Source: Carpediemonas membranifera BICM
Taxonomy: Eukaryota; Protista; Fornicata
Direction of reading: 5' to 3'
Length of the DNA stretch: 64,000 nucleotides
NCBI GenBank assembly: GCA_019828565.1
Contig: JAHDYR010000005.1
Span: forward strand, 967,342 to 1,031,341
Made by a program: the position numbers and the translations under genes. The notes beneath the pieces were generated by a model that did no database searches, had not been told where the DNA came from, and saw only the letters and a list, made by a program, of their open reading frames with translations. Below, in pieces: positions 21,249 through 31,879 of the stretch (position 1 is the first letter of the stretch; the number at the start of each line of letters is the position of its first letter).

Positions 21249-21710
21249 ATGTCTTCAAAATCAAGCGTATCTCTCGGTGTTATCGGCCTCAGCGTTATGG
21301 GCAGCAATCTTGCTCGCAACGCGGCCTCTCGTGGCCACCATGTCGTCGTCTACAACCGAACTCCCTCTGTAACAGAGAAGTTCATGGCCGATCACGGCGC
21401 TGACGGTGACTTCGTTGCTACTAAGACTCTTAACGAACTCGTCGAGGCTCTTCCAGCGCCCCGCGTCATTCTCGTGATGGTCAAGGCGGGCAACCCCGTC
21501 GACGCCGTCCTCAGCGGCCTTAAGCCCCTTCTTACCCCCGGCGACGTTGTCGTGGACGGCGGCAACACCTACTACCCCGACACCGTCCGCCGCTTCGAGG
21601 ATTACCAGGCTGCCGGGCTGCACTTTATGGGCATGGGCGTCAGTGGCGGCGAAGAGGGCGCGCTCCATGGGCCCTCGATGATGCCTGGCGGTAGTGACAA
21701 GGTGTGGCAC
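21249..21710 (+). pseudogene. gnd: 6-phosphogluconate dehydrogenase, NAD(P)-binding N-terminal domain only (truncated)
   Basis: GVIGLSVMGSNLARN, VYNRT, LVMVKAG, DGGN, GMGVSGGEEGALHGPSMMPGG. Homology stops at about residue 150 and the catalytic KMVHNGIEY segment is absent; an unrelated tail runs to the stop at 21905. Confidence 0.8.
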
Positions 21711-21929
21711 CTGGCCTATTCCCGCCGCCCACAGCCAACACAAGACACGCATGCCATTATCTGGACCAATCCCGCCACAACCCAGAAGATTGTCCCGGGA
21801 ACCCCTTGGATGGTCCAACATCCGTCTGGTGGATGCCGAATCGGAGTCGCAATGTGTCGGAAGATGCTCGACTTAGTCTCGAGTCGCATCGTTCGAGAAA
21901 GGTGAAACCAGGTAGCTATTGGCGTCAGA

Positions 21930-24148
21930 ATGAATCGTATTGGAGATCCGCATTCATTTGAGGAGTATTATTCTGATGGGCCTTCATTTGGATCGTCTGA
22001 AGACGAGGAAGACGTAGAACTCGATTTGTTATCGAATATGACAGTTTCTGATGGCAGTACGCTTAATTTTGGGAACGATATAGTAGCAATTGACGCCATT
22101 GTGAATATAGATGAACTCAACGACCTCATATCATCCTTTTCCGCAAAGATCTCACTACCCGTGACAGTCTGTATCTTTCTTCGTTTGTTACTCAGCTTTG
22201 CACTCCGGACGGCAACATCGTCTGCCAGTCAGGCACCCACGCTGACGGAAACCCCCACACTTGTAGCACCGAAAACACCGACGCCTGCCGCAAAGTCCGA
22301 TCGGGTTATTTGGAGGAGTTCACCAAGGCGGGCAAGGACGTTATCCTCCGCAAATGCCCGCACACCCGCACGGAGACGGCGCTGATGCCGATTGTCGTCC
22401 GCGGCATCCACTTCTTCAACATGGTCATCTCGCACCTAAGGGCGCACAAGACCGTGCGGACCAGACTCAAGCTGCACGTCGCAGCATCGTCTGGAAGCGA
22501 GAAGCACTGGCCCTTGCGGGGCCACGGCAAGTGTGAGAAGCCCCCGCTCTCCCGCAAAACGCAGGAGGAGCAGCTGGTCGTCCTGAGCACGGCGATCCTG
22601 CTCCGCACGGCCCTGGAGCACACCATACAGAGCAGCATAGCCCGGCTAGGCACGGAGGTGCGGCTCGAGCGGCGCAGGTCCGAGTACGAGGCGATGGCGC
22701 AGCAGGTGCAGCGGATGTACCAGAGCCTCACCGCCACGCCCGTGTCCGCGGGGTCCACGAGGGGCGAGTCGACGCCCAAGGGCGACCTGACCCAGCAGCT
22801 TAGCACACTGCAGCGGCGGGTACACCAGTCGCCCCTGCACCGCCTCGAGGAGCGTGTCGGCCAGATCATGGCCAACGGGGACGTCCCCGGCCCCATCAAG
22901 GCCGACGTGCAGGCCGCCATGGACGACCTGCGGGCCCAGATTGCCCAGACGAGCACCGACACGCGTGGGGCGACCGACCTGGCGGACTGGTTGTCGGCGT
23001 CCGTCCGGGCACCCGAGGTCGGGTCGTCTTCGCCCCCACGCCGCCGCAGCTCGCTCTCGGTGATGCGGCCCATCCACATGACGCCCTCGATGGACGAGAT
23101 GTTACAGACCCGCAGACCTGTCCTCGACCTGCTGCTCGCCGACTGCGCGCCGGAGGAGACTGTAGCGGCGCTCAAGATGCTCGGCAACCTCGAGGACCGG
23201 CAGTTCGACGCCCTTAAACTGCACCGGCTGACGGGCAAGAGCCTGTCTCTGGTGGGTGCCGCTGTGTTCGAGCGTCTCTCCCTCCTGGACGAGTTCAGCA
23301 TCCCGCCTCTGGTGCTGACGGCCTGGCTCGAGCACGTCGCGGGTCTGTATGACGACCGCAACTCGTTCGGGGCCACGCCAGCGTTCCACAACAGCGTGCA
23401 CGCTGCGGACGTCTGTGCTGCGGTGGCAGGCATGCTGCAGGCCCCCTCCATGAACGCTCTGACGCCCACCCAGGTGCTTGCCGCAGTGTTTGCAGCGATC
23501 ACCATCGACCTGATGCACCCCGGCGTCACGAACGCCTTCCTGACTCGCACAAGCCACGACCTCGCGGTTCTGTACAACGACCGGTCGCCGTTAGAGAACC
23601 ACCACCTGTCCGCGGCCTTCAGGACACTGGAGGAGCCCACCAGGGACATCACGGCCATGCTGAGGGCCAGCGACGACTACGACGTCTTCAGGCAGACCGT
23701 GATCGCCCTCGTCCTGGCGACGGATGAGACACAGGCACTGGCCACGGTGTCCCGGCTGAAAACGTGGGTCGACTCCACCCCCGTGATGCTCGACGCGGTG
23801 CCCACCGACGCCCTCAAGCTCGTCGTCATGGCCGCTGATGGCGCGTACATGACCCGCCCCACCGCCCTGACGTGGGCCGCCCTGCTTCACGAGGAGCTGC
23901 ACCGCCAGGGCGACGCTGAGCGGCGACTGGGGGTGACCCCTGGGCGGTTCTCGGACCGGGCCAGCGGTGCGCTCTACCTCGCCGGATGGAGCCAGCTGGT
24001 GCAGCGGCCACTGACGGAGCTGCTGTTCGGGGTGGCCGGGATCTGCGGGCACCAGTCGGGGGTCCTGGAGGCGTTCGGGCGGACCGCGTCTGCCCTGATT
24101 CCAGACACTGTGAACGAGTACGACGCGGCTGCGATCAGCGACGTGTAA
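21930..24148 (+). CDS. PocR-like sensor domain + class I cyclic-nucleotide phosphodiesterase (degenerate); intron 22167-22195
   Basis: The 29-nt intron GTCTGT...GTTACTCAG joins ORFs 21930 and 22310 in frame. PDE motifs FHNSVHAADV, HPGVTNAFL, LYNDRSPLENHHL, EELHRQGDAER. Confidence 0.85.
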
Positions 24149-24618
24149 CGAATTGATATCCCTCACTCAACTTACAGCGAGAATTTGTAAAATCCCGCGT
24201 TACTGAGTCCGCAGGAGCCGGAAGAACTCACCATTACCTTACAGGCCATCAACGAGGCTCGCTGGACAGTTCTCCCTCTGTCTTGTCGAGCTGGTGAGAG
24301 CCGTTATGGCGTGCGGTGCAAATAATTCAACCCGCGGGGACACTGGCAGGTCGAATCGTCACCAGCCATCCAGATGCAGGGGCCAGGGTCAACTTAGCAA
24401 CCGGGATTGGCCCGGCCTTAAAATAGGCTCATGGGTTTTGAGAAGAGTCCTGAGAAATTTTAACTAGATTCTTTAGATTCTGCGGTCATCTGCACCCGAT
24501 AGCGGCGGCACTAAGGCCAAGCCCCGGCACCCGGGACCCCCATCGACTGAATCATTCATCATTTTACGCGCCCGTTTGAGTTTTTTAAATTCGGCGCTGC
24601 AATTTCCCAATTCACACC

Positions 24619-27600
24619 ATGGGTCGTCGATCACGCTCAGACGACGACGATGAAGAGTATCTTACCTTAGAGACTCTCCTGAATGGCTATAGTGCACGCA
24701 CGTCACTAATCCCCCGCATCTTTGACACGATTGGAAGCTCCATGTTCGGATCAGTCGGTTTCCGCCCCAAGTCGTGGTCTGGTGCGATCATCTCTATCCT
24801 CATGAAGGTCATTTTCCTCGCTATCGTCTTCATTTCTCTCGTGAGGCTCTATCTTGGAATGGCCTCGCGGAATCTCACCTTCGGTTCCTCTGCCCAGTTC
24901 GAGTGGATCAACGAAAACGACAGTGAACGCGTTGATGTCCCCGCGATGGACCTGGTCGCCGATCTAGCCATGCAATTCTACCATACCGACGGGTCTACCT
25001 CGACCATGTCTGGCGCCTCGCCCATTCAGGGCATCCGCGTCATGGACAACACAAAGCTCGACCATGACCGCGTCTCCACTGATCCGTACCCCGATAGAGG
25101 CAGCTCTGTCATCGGCGAGCTTGACGTCGTGCTGGGCGGCGAGGACTACCTCCTGTCGACCCTCGGTGGCTCCGTCGAGGCCGACTCCGTGACTCTCTCC
25201 GGTGACAGCTTCAACACCGACGCGACCCTGTCCAACCCGCTCTACCGCACCGAGAAGGTGGTGACCACCGGCGACTCCGAGTTCACACCCCAGCAGGTTA
25301 AGGCTTGGGTCAAGATCCCATCCTCGGTCGCTGCCACGCTCAAGCCCTTCATGGTACAGGCCGGGCTTGTGTCTGCTGGAGAGTACAAGTACCTCGAGAA
25401 CGCCAAGGCCCAGGATACGGCGACCTACGGCAAGTTGACCAGCCCGCACATGCCGACCGAAACCTTCTTGTACAACCCGACCGAGATCCTCTCGGAGCCG
25501 ATCAGCGAGCTTGTCTACGACTCTATGTTCCTCGCCGAGCAGTTCGAGACGCTGGACATATACAACGGCATGGCGACCGGCGCCAAGCCTACATCCGCTG
25601 AACTGAAGGACATCAAGGCATCGTACACGACGGTCAACCCCTCGTACCTCACGGACGACCGCTACTACACCGACCTCGCCCTGTCCGGCGGCACCATGTT
25701 CAAGATGGACTCATTCATCGACGACACGCGCCTGCAGGCTTTCCTCAACCGTTTTGACAGCGGGGACCAGCGTAACTCGACCTGGAACGCGATGTTCAAC
25801 CAGTGGCGCCTGTTCATCAGCTATGTCAACCATTTCGAGGGCATTCTCGACGGGGACGGGTTCTGCGCTGGCGTCGGAAGCGACTTCGACTCGATGCTCG
25901 TGCCCATCACCGCAGTCCTGGAGCCCACAACTGACGACACCACCATCGCCATCGCCGATGCGGACATCCAGACCTTCATCGACACGTGGTGGCCCGACCT
26001 CGACCTCGAGCCGGCCGACCTGCCCACCGACTCGGCTTCGGGCGAGACGTTCTGGGACGACAACGGCGAACTCCCGTGGGACGCCACCCTCAAGTCCCAC
26101 AAGATCGAGGGCATCATGGTCAACAACGCCTGGGTGACCGAGCTCACTCCCGGCGAGTACGAGATGACCCTGGAGATCACCCGGTTCGCACCCACCACCA
26201 ACCACTCGGCCGTGCCGTACAGCGACCCCAGCATGTATCCCTCCTCTCCACCGCCGACGTGGGAGTGCAGCGCGGACACATACAACGCCGGGGACGGCTG
26301 CAACTGTGGCTGTGGTGCCTTCGACCCCGACTGCCTTCTTGACAGGAGCGAGGATAACGTCATTGGCTGTGGCGCCGGCCAGAAGTGCTCGACGCTCGGC
26401 ACATGCGTCGATGCGACCGCCGATGATGTTGTCATCTACATCTCGGAGCCGTGCGATTACTGGACCGAGCCGGGCGCTTCCTTCCCCTCATTCATGGGCA
26501 AATACGCCAGCTACGAGACGGTTGAGGACGAGGACGACTACTGGACATCGCAGTGCCCCAACGACAAGGTCAACGGCTTCTTGCCCGCGGACATCCTCAA
26601 ATACGCCTACTGCAACGCCCCCCAGGTGCTCACGGTGGACGCCAGCACTGACTCCACGCACGACTGTGAAGGTCAGTGCTCCGGCACGGACGAGTTCTGC
26701 CTCAAGGGCGTCGTGCCGCTCTACAGCCCTGCCTGGGACGAAACCAGCATGGAAGCTGATGCCAAGCGTGTGGTGTTGATCCCCGAGATCACCGAGTCGC
26801 AGTCGCTCTCCAAGGTCCTCTGGACGGGCGAGATGGACTCGACCAGGCAGCAGAGCATCTGCGTCGAGAAGCCCGGCACTGGGCTCAAGGACGTCCCCGT
26901 ACTCGACGGCATCCTGTACGGCAACATCGCCCCGAACGAGACGGCTTATGCTGCGCTCCTGGTCAACGGGGGTGCTGGCGCCCCCATGCCCGTGAAGGAC
27001 CTGTGGACAACGTACATGATCCCGGGCAGCAGCATCGCCACCAACCAGGTCGTGGAGGTGCTCTACACAGGCGAGTACACCGACGCCGTCACGCACGACT
27101 CCTTTGGCGACGACTCGAGGCTCTTGCTGGTTATGGTCCGCGGCGTCACGTACGAGATCAGCACGCCGGCCTGGACGTCCCTCCAGACGGTGATCACACA
27201 CGGCGGCGCCAACATCGCCAACAGCGCGCTGGTCACGACGGCCATCACCGAGATCGCCATGCAGCCCCCCGCCGCACCCGACATGGGCGCGTCCATGGCA
27301 CAGGGCGCCGTCCACTTCACGTCGACCGGGATCCAGGCGTTCTTCCTCGACAAAGCCGGCGCTGCCTCCACTGAGGACACAGCAGAGTACTTCTCGGCGA
27401 CGTGCCACTGCACCGCATCGACGTCATACATCCACCCTGCCTGCGTCTCGCCGTCAATCCTCAACCCAGGCCCCATCATGGATGACCTCGGGAACTCGTA
27501 TGACGACGGGTACTCCTGCAAGGATGGCGCCGGCGTCGTCCCGTCCGCGACCCTTGTCCCCAGTGACATCAAAACCGTGTACGGTTACACGCCCCTATAC

Positions 27601-29142
27601 GCCTTCACGGCTAACACACCGTTCAACTCCGGCCCGACAAAGTCAATTGTCACCGGCGACAAGGTCTTCTCGCTCGTCTCTACTGGAGAGGGTGGCGTGA
27701 TGATCCGCTCCTACATCACGGTCATGGCGCAGCAGACCGACAGCCTCATGGAGGCCGACGACCGCTGGATGATTGCCCCTGCCTCGCCGTACTCGTTCAA
27801 CGCTAACTACTTCATGTACGCCTTCCCCGAGCGGGAGGAGACGAGCGCCGAGTACCTTTGCCCCACAGACATCGAGGAGGAGTACAACGGTCAGTGGCGT
27901 TCCGACACGCTAAACTGCGTCATGGACGTCTACAGCGAGCCCGACATCGAGGACTCGTGCGGCGAGGACACCTCCCGCTTCTCGTACTCGGGCCCGGCCC
28001 TGCTTCCCGTGCTCGGCCAGCTCATCCTTAATCACACGGTGCCGCTATTCAACAAAAAGGCATCGCCCAAGCTGACAGACACCGCTAAGATCGACCGCAG
28101 CTACATCTTTTCGTTCCCCATCTCTACGGACGACATCGCCAACGAGCGCGAGTTCTACAACGTCGACCGGGACTCTGTCACGGCCGACGGCGAGTACTCC
28201 CGCTACACCATCAGCCGGGACATCCTCGGCAAGGCCAGCGATGCATGCAGCACTGTGTGGGACAAGTTCGACGACTACGAGGAGTACCACGCCGACCTGC
28301 CCGGCGCCTGGCCGATGCTCGAGGTCAACCTCGACCTCGTCTTCAACAAGGACGCCACCGAGAAGCTCCTTGAGGACCGCATTGGCTTCAACCCCACAGG
28401 CTGGGGCGACATCGGCAACCAGTACTTCCGTGTGACCAAGTGGTTTAGCTTCCTCCGCAGCTGGTATCGCGAGGACGCCCTCGACAAGGTCGCCAGCGCC
28501 GCCTCCGAGTCCTACACTGTCCCCCTCGACCTCGACGTCGTGCTGGGCAGCTCGGACGCCCAGATGGTCCGCCTCATCCCAGGCACAGAGTACTACCTGT
28601 ACGCGGCCGTGCGGGTCCAGCCGACGTTCTCGGTCGGGACGCTTGGCGGCGAGGACATCTCCTCCTGGGATGTGTCCTTCTCTTCTGTCTCGCTCGAGGC
28701 CAACCCGCTGCTGCCCGAGTACGCCAACGAAGCTCGTCTCCACATTGTCATTGAGGGCGACGCCGACTCCAAGGAGGTCTTCAGAGTCATCTCGTACACC
28801 CTCTCGGACTTCGTAGCCGCCGTCGGGTCGGCATTTGCCCTGCTCGGCTTCGGATCAATCCTTCTCGAAGTCTGGATTTCTGCCAAGGACGTCGTGACAA
28901 CCATCTATAGAAAGATCGTGAAGAAGAAACCTGCCCGCGACATCGAGTCCATTGGTGTCGACAGCAGCGTCGGGAGCAGCTCTGATACTGACGAGATCGG
29001 CGTGTCTCCCCTCGATCGCGACGTCACAGTCGTCGGCGAGGACGGCTTCGTCCCCAACGTCCTCGTGCCCAACACCGTGATCGACACAGATTATCCAATC
29101 GTCCGCTCCACATCCGCGGGTGATGCTGAGCTGGACCGGTAA
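24619..29142 (+). CDS. Large two-TM membrane protein with a ~1300-aa Cys/acidic ectodomain
   Basis: TM at about aa 55-80 and 1395-1425; Cys module 'WECSADTYNAGDGCNCGCGAFDPDC'; pre-TM2 'YTLSDFVAAVGSAFALLGF'. Confidence 0.85.
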   Translation: MGRRSRSDDDDEEYLTLETLLNGYSARTSLIPRIFDTIGSSMFGSVGFRPKSWSGAIISILMKVIFLAIVFISLVRLYLGMASRNLTFGSSAQFEWINENDSERVDVPAMDLVADLAMQFYHTDGSTSTMSGASPIQGIRVMDNTKLDHDRVSTDPYPDRGSSVIGELDVVLGGEDYLLSTLGGSVEADSVTLSGDSFNTDATLSNPLYRTEKVVTTGDSEFTPQQVKAWVKIPSSVAATLKPFMVQAGLVSAGEYKYLENAKAQDTATYGKLTSPHMPTETFLYNPTEILSEPISELVYDSMFLAEQFETLDIYNGMATGAKPTSAELKDIKASYTTVNPSYLTDDRYYTDLALSGGTMFKMDSFIDDTRLQAFLNRFDSGDQRNSTWNAMFNQWRLFISYVNHFEGILDGDGFCAGVGSDFDSMLVPITAVLEPTTDDTTIAIADADIQTFIDTWWPDLDLEPADLPTDSASGETFWDDNGELPWDATLKSHKIEGIMVNNAWVTELTPGEYEMTLEITRFAPTTNHSAVPYSDPSMYPSSPPPTWECSADTYNAGDGCNCGCGAFDPDCLLDRSEDNVIGCGAGQKCSTLGTCVDATADDVVIYISEPCDYWTEPGASFPSFMGKYASYETVEDEDDYWTSQCPNDKVNGFLPADILKYAYCNAPQVLTVDASTDSTHDCEGQCSGTDEFCLKGVVPLYSPAWDETSMEADAKRVVLIPEITESQSLSKVLWTGEMDSTRQQSICVEKPGTGLKDVPVLDGILYGNIAPNETAYAALLVNGGAGAPMPVKDLWTTYMIPGSSIATNQVVEVLYTGEYTDAVTHDSFGDDSRLLLVMVRGVTYEISTPAWTSLQTVITHGGANIANSALVTTAITEIAMQPPAAPDMGASMAQGAVHFTSTGIQAFFLDKAGAASTEDTAEYFSATCHCTASTSYIHPACVSPSILNPGPIMDDLGNSYDDGYSCKDGAGVVPSATLVPSDIKTVYGYTPLYAFTANTPFNSGPTKSIVTGDKVFSLVSTGEGGVMIRSYITVMAQQTDSLMEADDRWMIAPASPYSFNANYFMYAFPEREETSAEYLCPTDIEEEYNGQWRSDTLNCVMDVYSEPDIEDSCGEDTSRFSYSGPALLPVLGQLILNHTVPLFNKKASPKLTDTAKIDRSYIFSFPISTDDIANEREFYNVDRDSVTADGEYSRYTISRDILGKASDACSTVWDKFDDYEEYHADLPGAWPMLEVNLDLVFNKDATEKLLEDRIGFNPTGWGDIGNQYFRVTKWFSFLRSWYREDALDKVASAASESYTVPLDLDVVLGSSDAQMVRLIPGTEYYLYAAVRVQPTFSVGTLGGEDISSWDVSFSSVSLEANPLLPEYANEARLHIVIEGDADSKEVFRVISYTLSDFVAAVGSAFALLGFGSILLEVWISAKDVVTTIYRKIVKKKPARDIESIGVDSSVGSSSDTDEIGVSPLDRDVTVVGEDGFVPNVLVPNTVIDTDYPIVRSTSAGDAELDR

Positions 29143-29235
29143 GCTTGATTTGCCGTGTAAATGATTCCTACAGCTGATAGCCGTTGAATGGCTCGCCCTG
29201 GAGATGGAATCGAGGGATAATGAAGTAGAATTTAA

Positions 29236-29436
29236 TTAGGCCTTGGGGAGCTCCTTGTCGTTGGTCTCCTCCTTCTTCCAGAACTTCTTCTTGGCCGCCT
29301 TAGGGGTGGTAGGCGTCGCCGCGATCACAGCAGACTTGCCGTGGTGTGTAGAGATGTAGTTGTAGGCCACAAGACCACCAAGGACGATAGTAACACCAAT
29401 GAGGGTCTTCTTGTAGTTCCCAGCGGAGAAAGGCAT
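29236..29436 (-). CDS. Small single-TM protein (66 aa) with basic C-terminus
   Basis: ATG, hydrophobic 'LIGVTIVLGGLVAYNYI', strong host codon bias (AAG/GAG). Confidence 0.6.
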   Translation of the reverse strand: MPFSAGNYKKTLIGVTIVLGGLVAYNYISTHHGKSAVIAATPTTPKAAKKKFWKKEETNDKELPKA

Positions 29437-29444
29437 GAGATGAG

Positions 29445-30125
29445 TCGCCGATTTCGTTCTTCGCAGGTTAATGAGACTGTTCGTGCTATTGAAGGGTCGA
29501 ACAATGTGTTTATACTGCGCAACACTGCCCTGTCTCCCTCCTACTCACGTCTTAAGTCGGTAGGGAGATCGTCTTCTCCAGGGCTTCCACAAAGCGTCTT
29601 CTTCGTGGACGTCAGCACAGCTGCAAACATCACAATCGCACACGTCGTCTCATTGTCTTCTATTCCACATTAAATTCACTGCTACACTTGTATAGGCTGG
29701 TAATGGTGTTCATCGACGGCTCTTATATGTCATCTTCATCTATGACCAGCTGCACACCTGTAGTGCGCAACAAGATGGAGATATATACGATCAAAGCCTC
29801 CATCAAGCAAGCTTTCAGACCGAACTACAACGAAGAACTGAGAGTGGGAAATTATGCCGCAGCAAAATATCTCTACTCATGCCTGCTGGCCCGGCTCGCG
29901 GTTGAATGCTATGCGCAGCGCCGGCAACTCCCCCTACATGACGCCGACTTCCACAACGGACTGCTCACTCATGTACGCGGCGGTCATCCGGGTCAGGCCT
30001 ACGCGGCCTTCGTGCGGTCGCTCGACACTCTGCCGATGTGGCGGGCACTTTGATCGTTCCTTTCAGGCCCTGTCTGGGAGGTTCGAAAAATGTGTTTATA
30101 CTGCGCAACAGTTCGAAATATGCCC
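29445..30125 (+). mobile_element. Decayed Fanzor1-like N-terminal fragments (two related pieces)
   Basis: From ATG 29775: MEIYTIKASIKQAFR...YLYSCLLARLA...LPLHDADF, then frameshifted FEKCVYTAQQ. The 22-nt AATGTGTTTATACTGCGCAACA is duplicated at 29503-29524 and 30089-30110. Confidence 0.5.
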
Positions 30126-30487
30126 ATCTAGGCCAACCAGCGCAGCTGTCTATCTCCAGCACGTTTGCATAGCTATCGTGGCCCCGATTCTATTTTCTAG
30201 TACCTTTCAGCATCACCTTCATCGTCGTGTGAGAGGTCTGCTGCTGCCCGGTATGATCGAGTGTGCTGATCGAGTGGGCATTACTTGCCCTGCATCCCAT
30301 TCACATTGTCCAATTTGGGCGTGTCAGATCTCCGTTTTGGGAGATGCATCCGAAAAATTTCCTGCCAGAAACACAACTTCTACGTATGTGACAATATTGC
30401 CTCCCAATAGCAACAACAGTTGTCGTAGGAGATTATCTAAGCCACTTACACAGCAAGTTTGTGCTTTTGCTCTCCACTAACCCAGCC

Positions 30488-31298
30488 ATGCCCGGAATCG
30501 TAGGCACCCTCCGTATCAACATCCTCGACGCTCGTATCGAGAAGGACAATTCCCTCGGCGAAATGCTCGACACTCCTGACTGCTACGTCAGAGCTGAGAT
30601 TCAGAACAAGGCTGGCCAGACTGTCAAGAACCGCACGAAGACGAAGGACAACACCTACACTCCCGTCTTCAACGAGGCGATCTTCGTCAAGAACGTCTCA
30701 ACCTCTGAGACTCTCTACATGTCTGTTTGGGACTCTGACACCTTCTCCTCCGATGACGAGATCGCCCGCACCGAGGTCGAGCTCTCCAAGGTCTTTGGCT
30801 CCCGCGGCGGTGGCAACAAGACCATCTCATGCGATCTTCGCGACAAGGGCTCCCGCGGTATGCTCCGCGTCGAGCTCACGTTCGTTCCCCAGGGTTCACT
30901 CGACGTCCTCGTCCAGCGTGCCGAGGGTCTCCAGGCCGACGGCGAGACCCCCGACCCATACTGCATCGTCTGGTTCCACGGCAAGAAGCACAAGACGGAC
31001 CGCAAGAACAACGAGTCATCGCCTGTCTGGAACGAGAAGATCTGCCTCGGTAGCGTAGACCTTCAGGACATCAAGAAGGGCCAGTTTGTCTTTGACGAAC
31101 TCACCTTCTCGGTCATGGATGTTTGTACCCCCTTCATCACTTACACAGCATGATAAGTTCTCCTCAGACGACAAGCTGGCCGAGGCCAAGATCACGCTCG
31201 AGCCTCTCATGTCATCCTGCAGCGTCAACCTCAACCTGCCGCTTTCCCGCGGCAAGCTGTACGCCCAGCTGCAATTCACCCCCGAGACCACCAAGTAA
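30488..31298 (+). CDS. Tandem C2-domain protein; intron 31121-31148
   Basis: Two C2 domains (PDCYV/PVFNE/VWDSDTFSSDD; PDPYC/PVWNE/VMD^HDKFSSDD). The 28-nt intron GTTTGT...CTTACACAG restores the frame. Confidence 0.92.
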
Positions 31299-31374
31299 GC
31301 TGGTTAATACGTAAAAAAACAGCACGACTGGGAATAATTTAGCCGGTGGCCCAGCGATAGTGGTAGTACAAGCC

Positions 31375-31821
31375 CTAGAAGTCCTCGATGCCGGAGTCCA
31401 TCACGTCCTCGATGTCCGACAGTGCGATGCTCACGTCGAACGGGTCCGTCCGCTCCTGTTTCTTCTGCTGCAGATGCGCTGCGAGGTAGCTGCCGTTCTT
31501 CTGGGGTGTTTTCTCATGAGGAGAAAGCGGTGCATCGTGGGATGCCTGCCGGTTTTCCTCCTCGTTGTGTTCTCGAAGTTGCTGGATGAGCGAATGGAGC
31601 TGGGAGAACGGGATCAGGCGCATAACATCGTTATGTCTGTCAATTAAATCGCCTACACACGTTCTCACGTCGTTATTCGTTGCCACTGCCGAGGTAATAG
31701 GAATCTGCCGAATTCTCAGCTTCGGAGGATCGTCTGCGCTTAGATACTCCACGACAAGAATCGGTGGGCTATAAAGAAGGCCGATACGTTCACAACGTGC
31801 CACTGGAGGTCGTGAACTCAT
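31375..31821 (-). CDS. CEP19: Centrosomal protein CEP19-like
   Basis: 'RIGLLYSPPILVVEY.....KLRIRQIPI.....RH......IPFSQLHSLIQQL' parallels the CEP19 N-terminal domain. Confidence 0.75.
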   Translation of the reverse strand: MSSRPPVARCERIGLLYSPPILVVEYLSADDPPKLRIRQIPITSAVATNNDVRTCVGDLIDRHNDVMRLIPFSQLHSLIQQLREHNEEENRQASHDAPLSPHEKTPQKNGSYLAAHLQQKKQERTDPFDVSIALSDIEDVMDSGIEDF

Positions 31822-31879
31822 GTTGCTTTATTCGGCGTGTGCCGCGCAGGATTAGAATTGTTGCCAAGCGCACGAGGCG

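Noticed and set aside
24290-24368. tRNA/tRNA-Sec (8-bp closing stem)
   Set aside because: No TTC T-loop stem and no 7-nt anticodon loop; kept only as a generic structured-RNA candidate.
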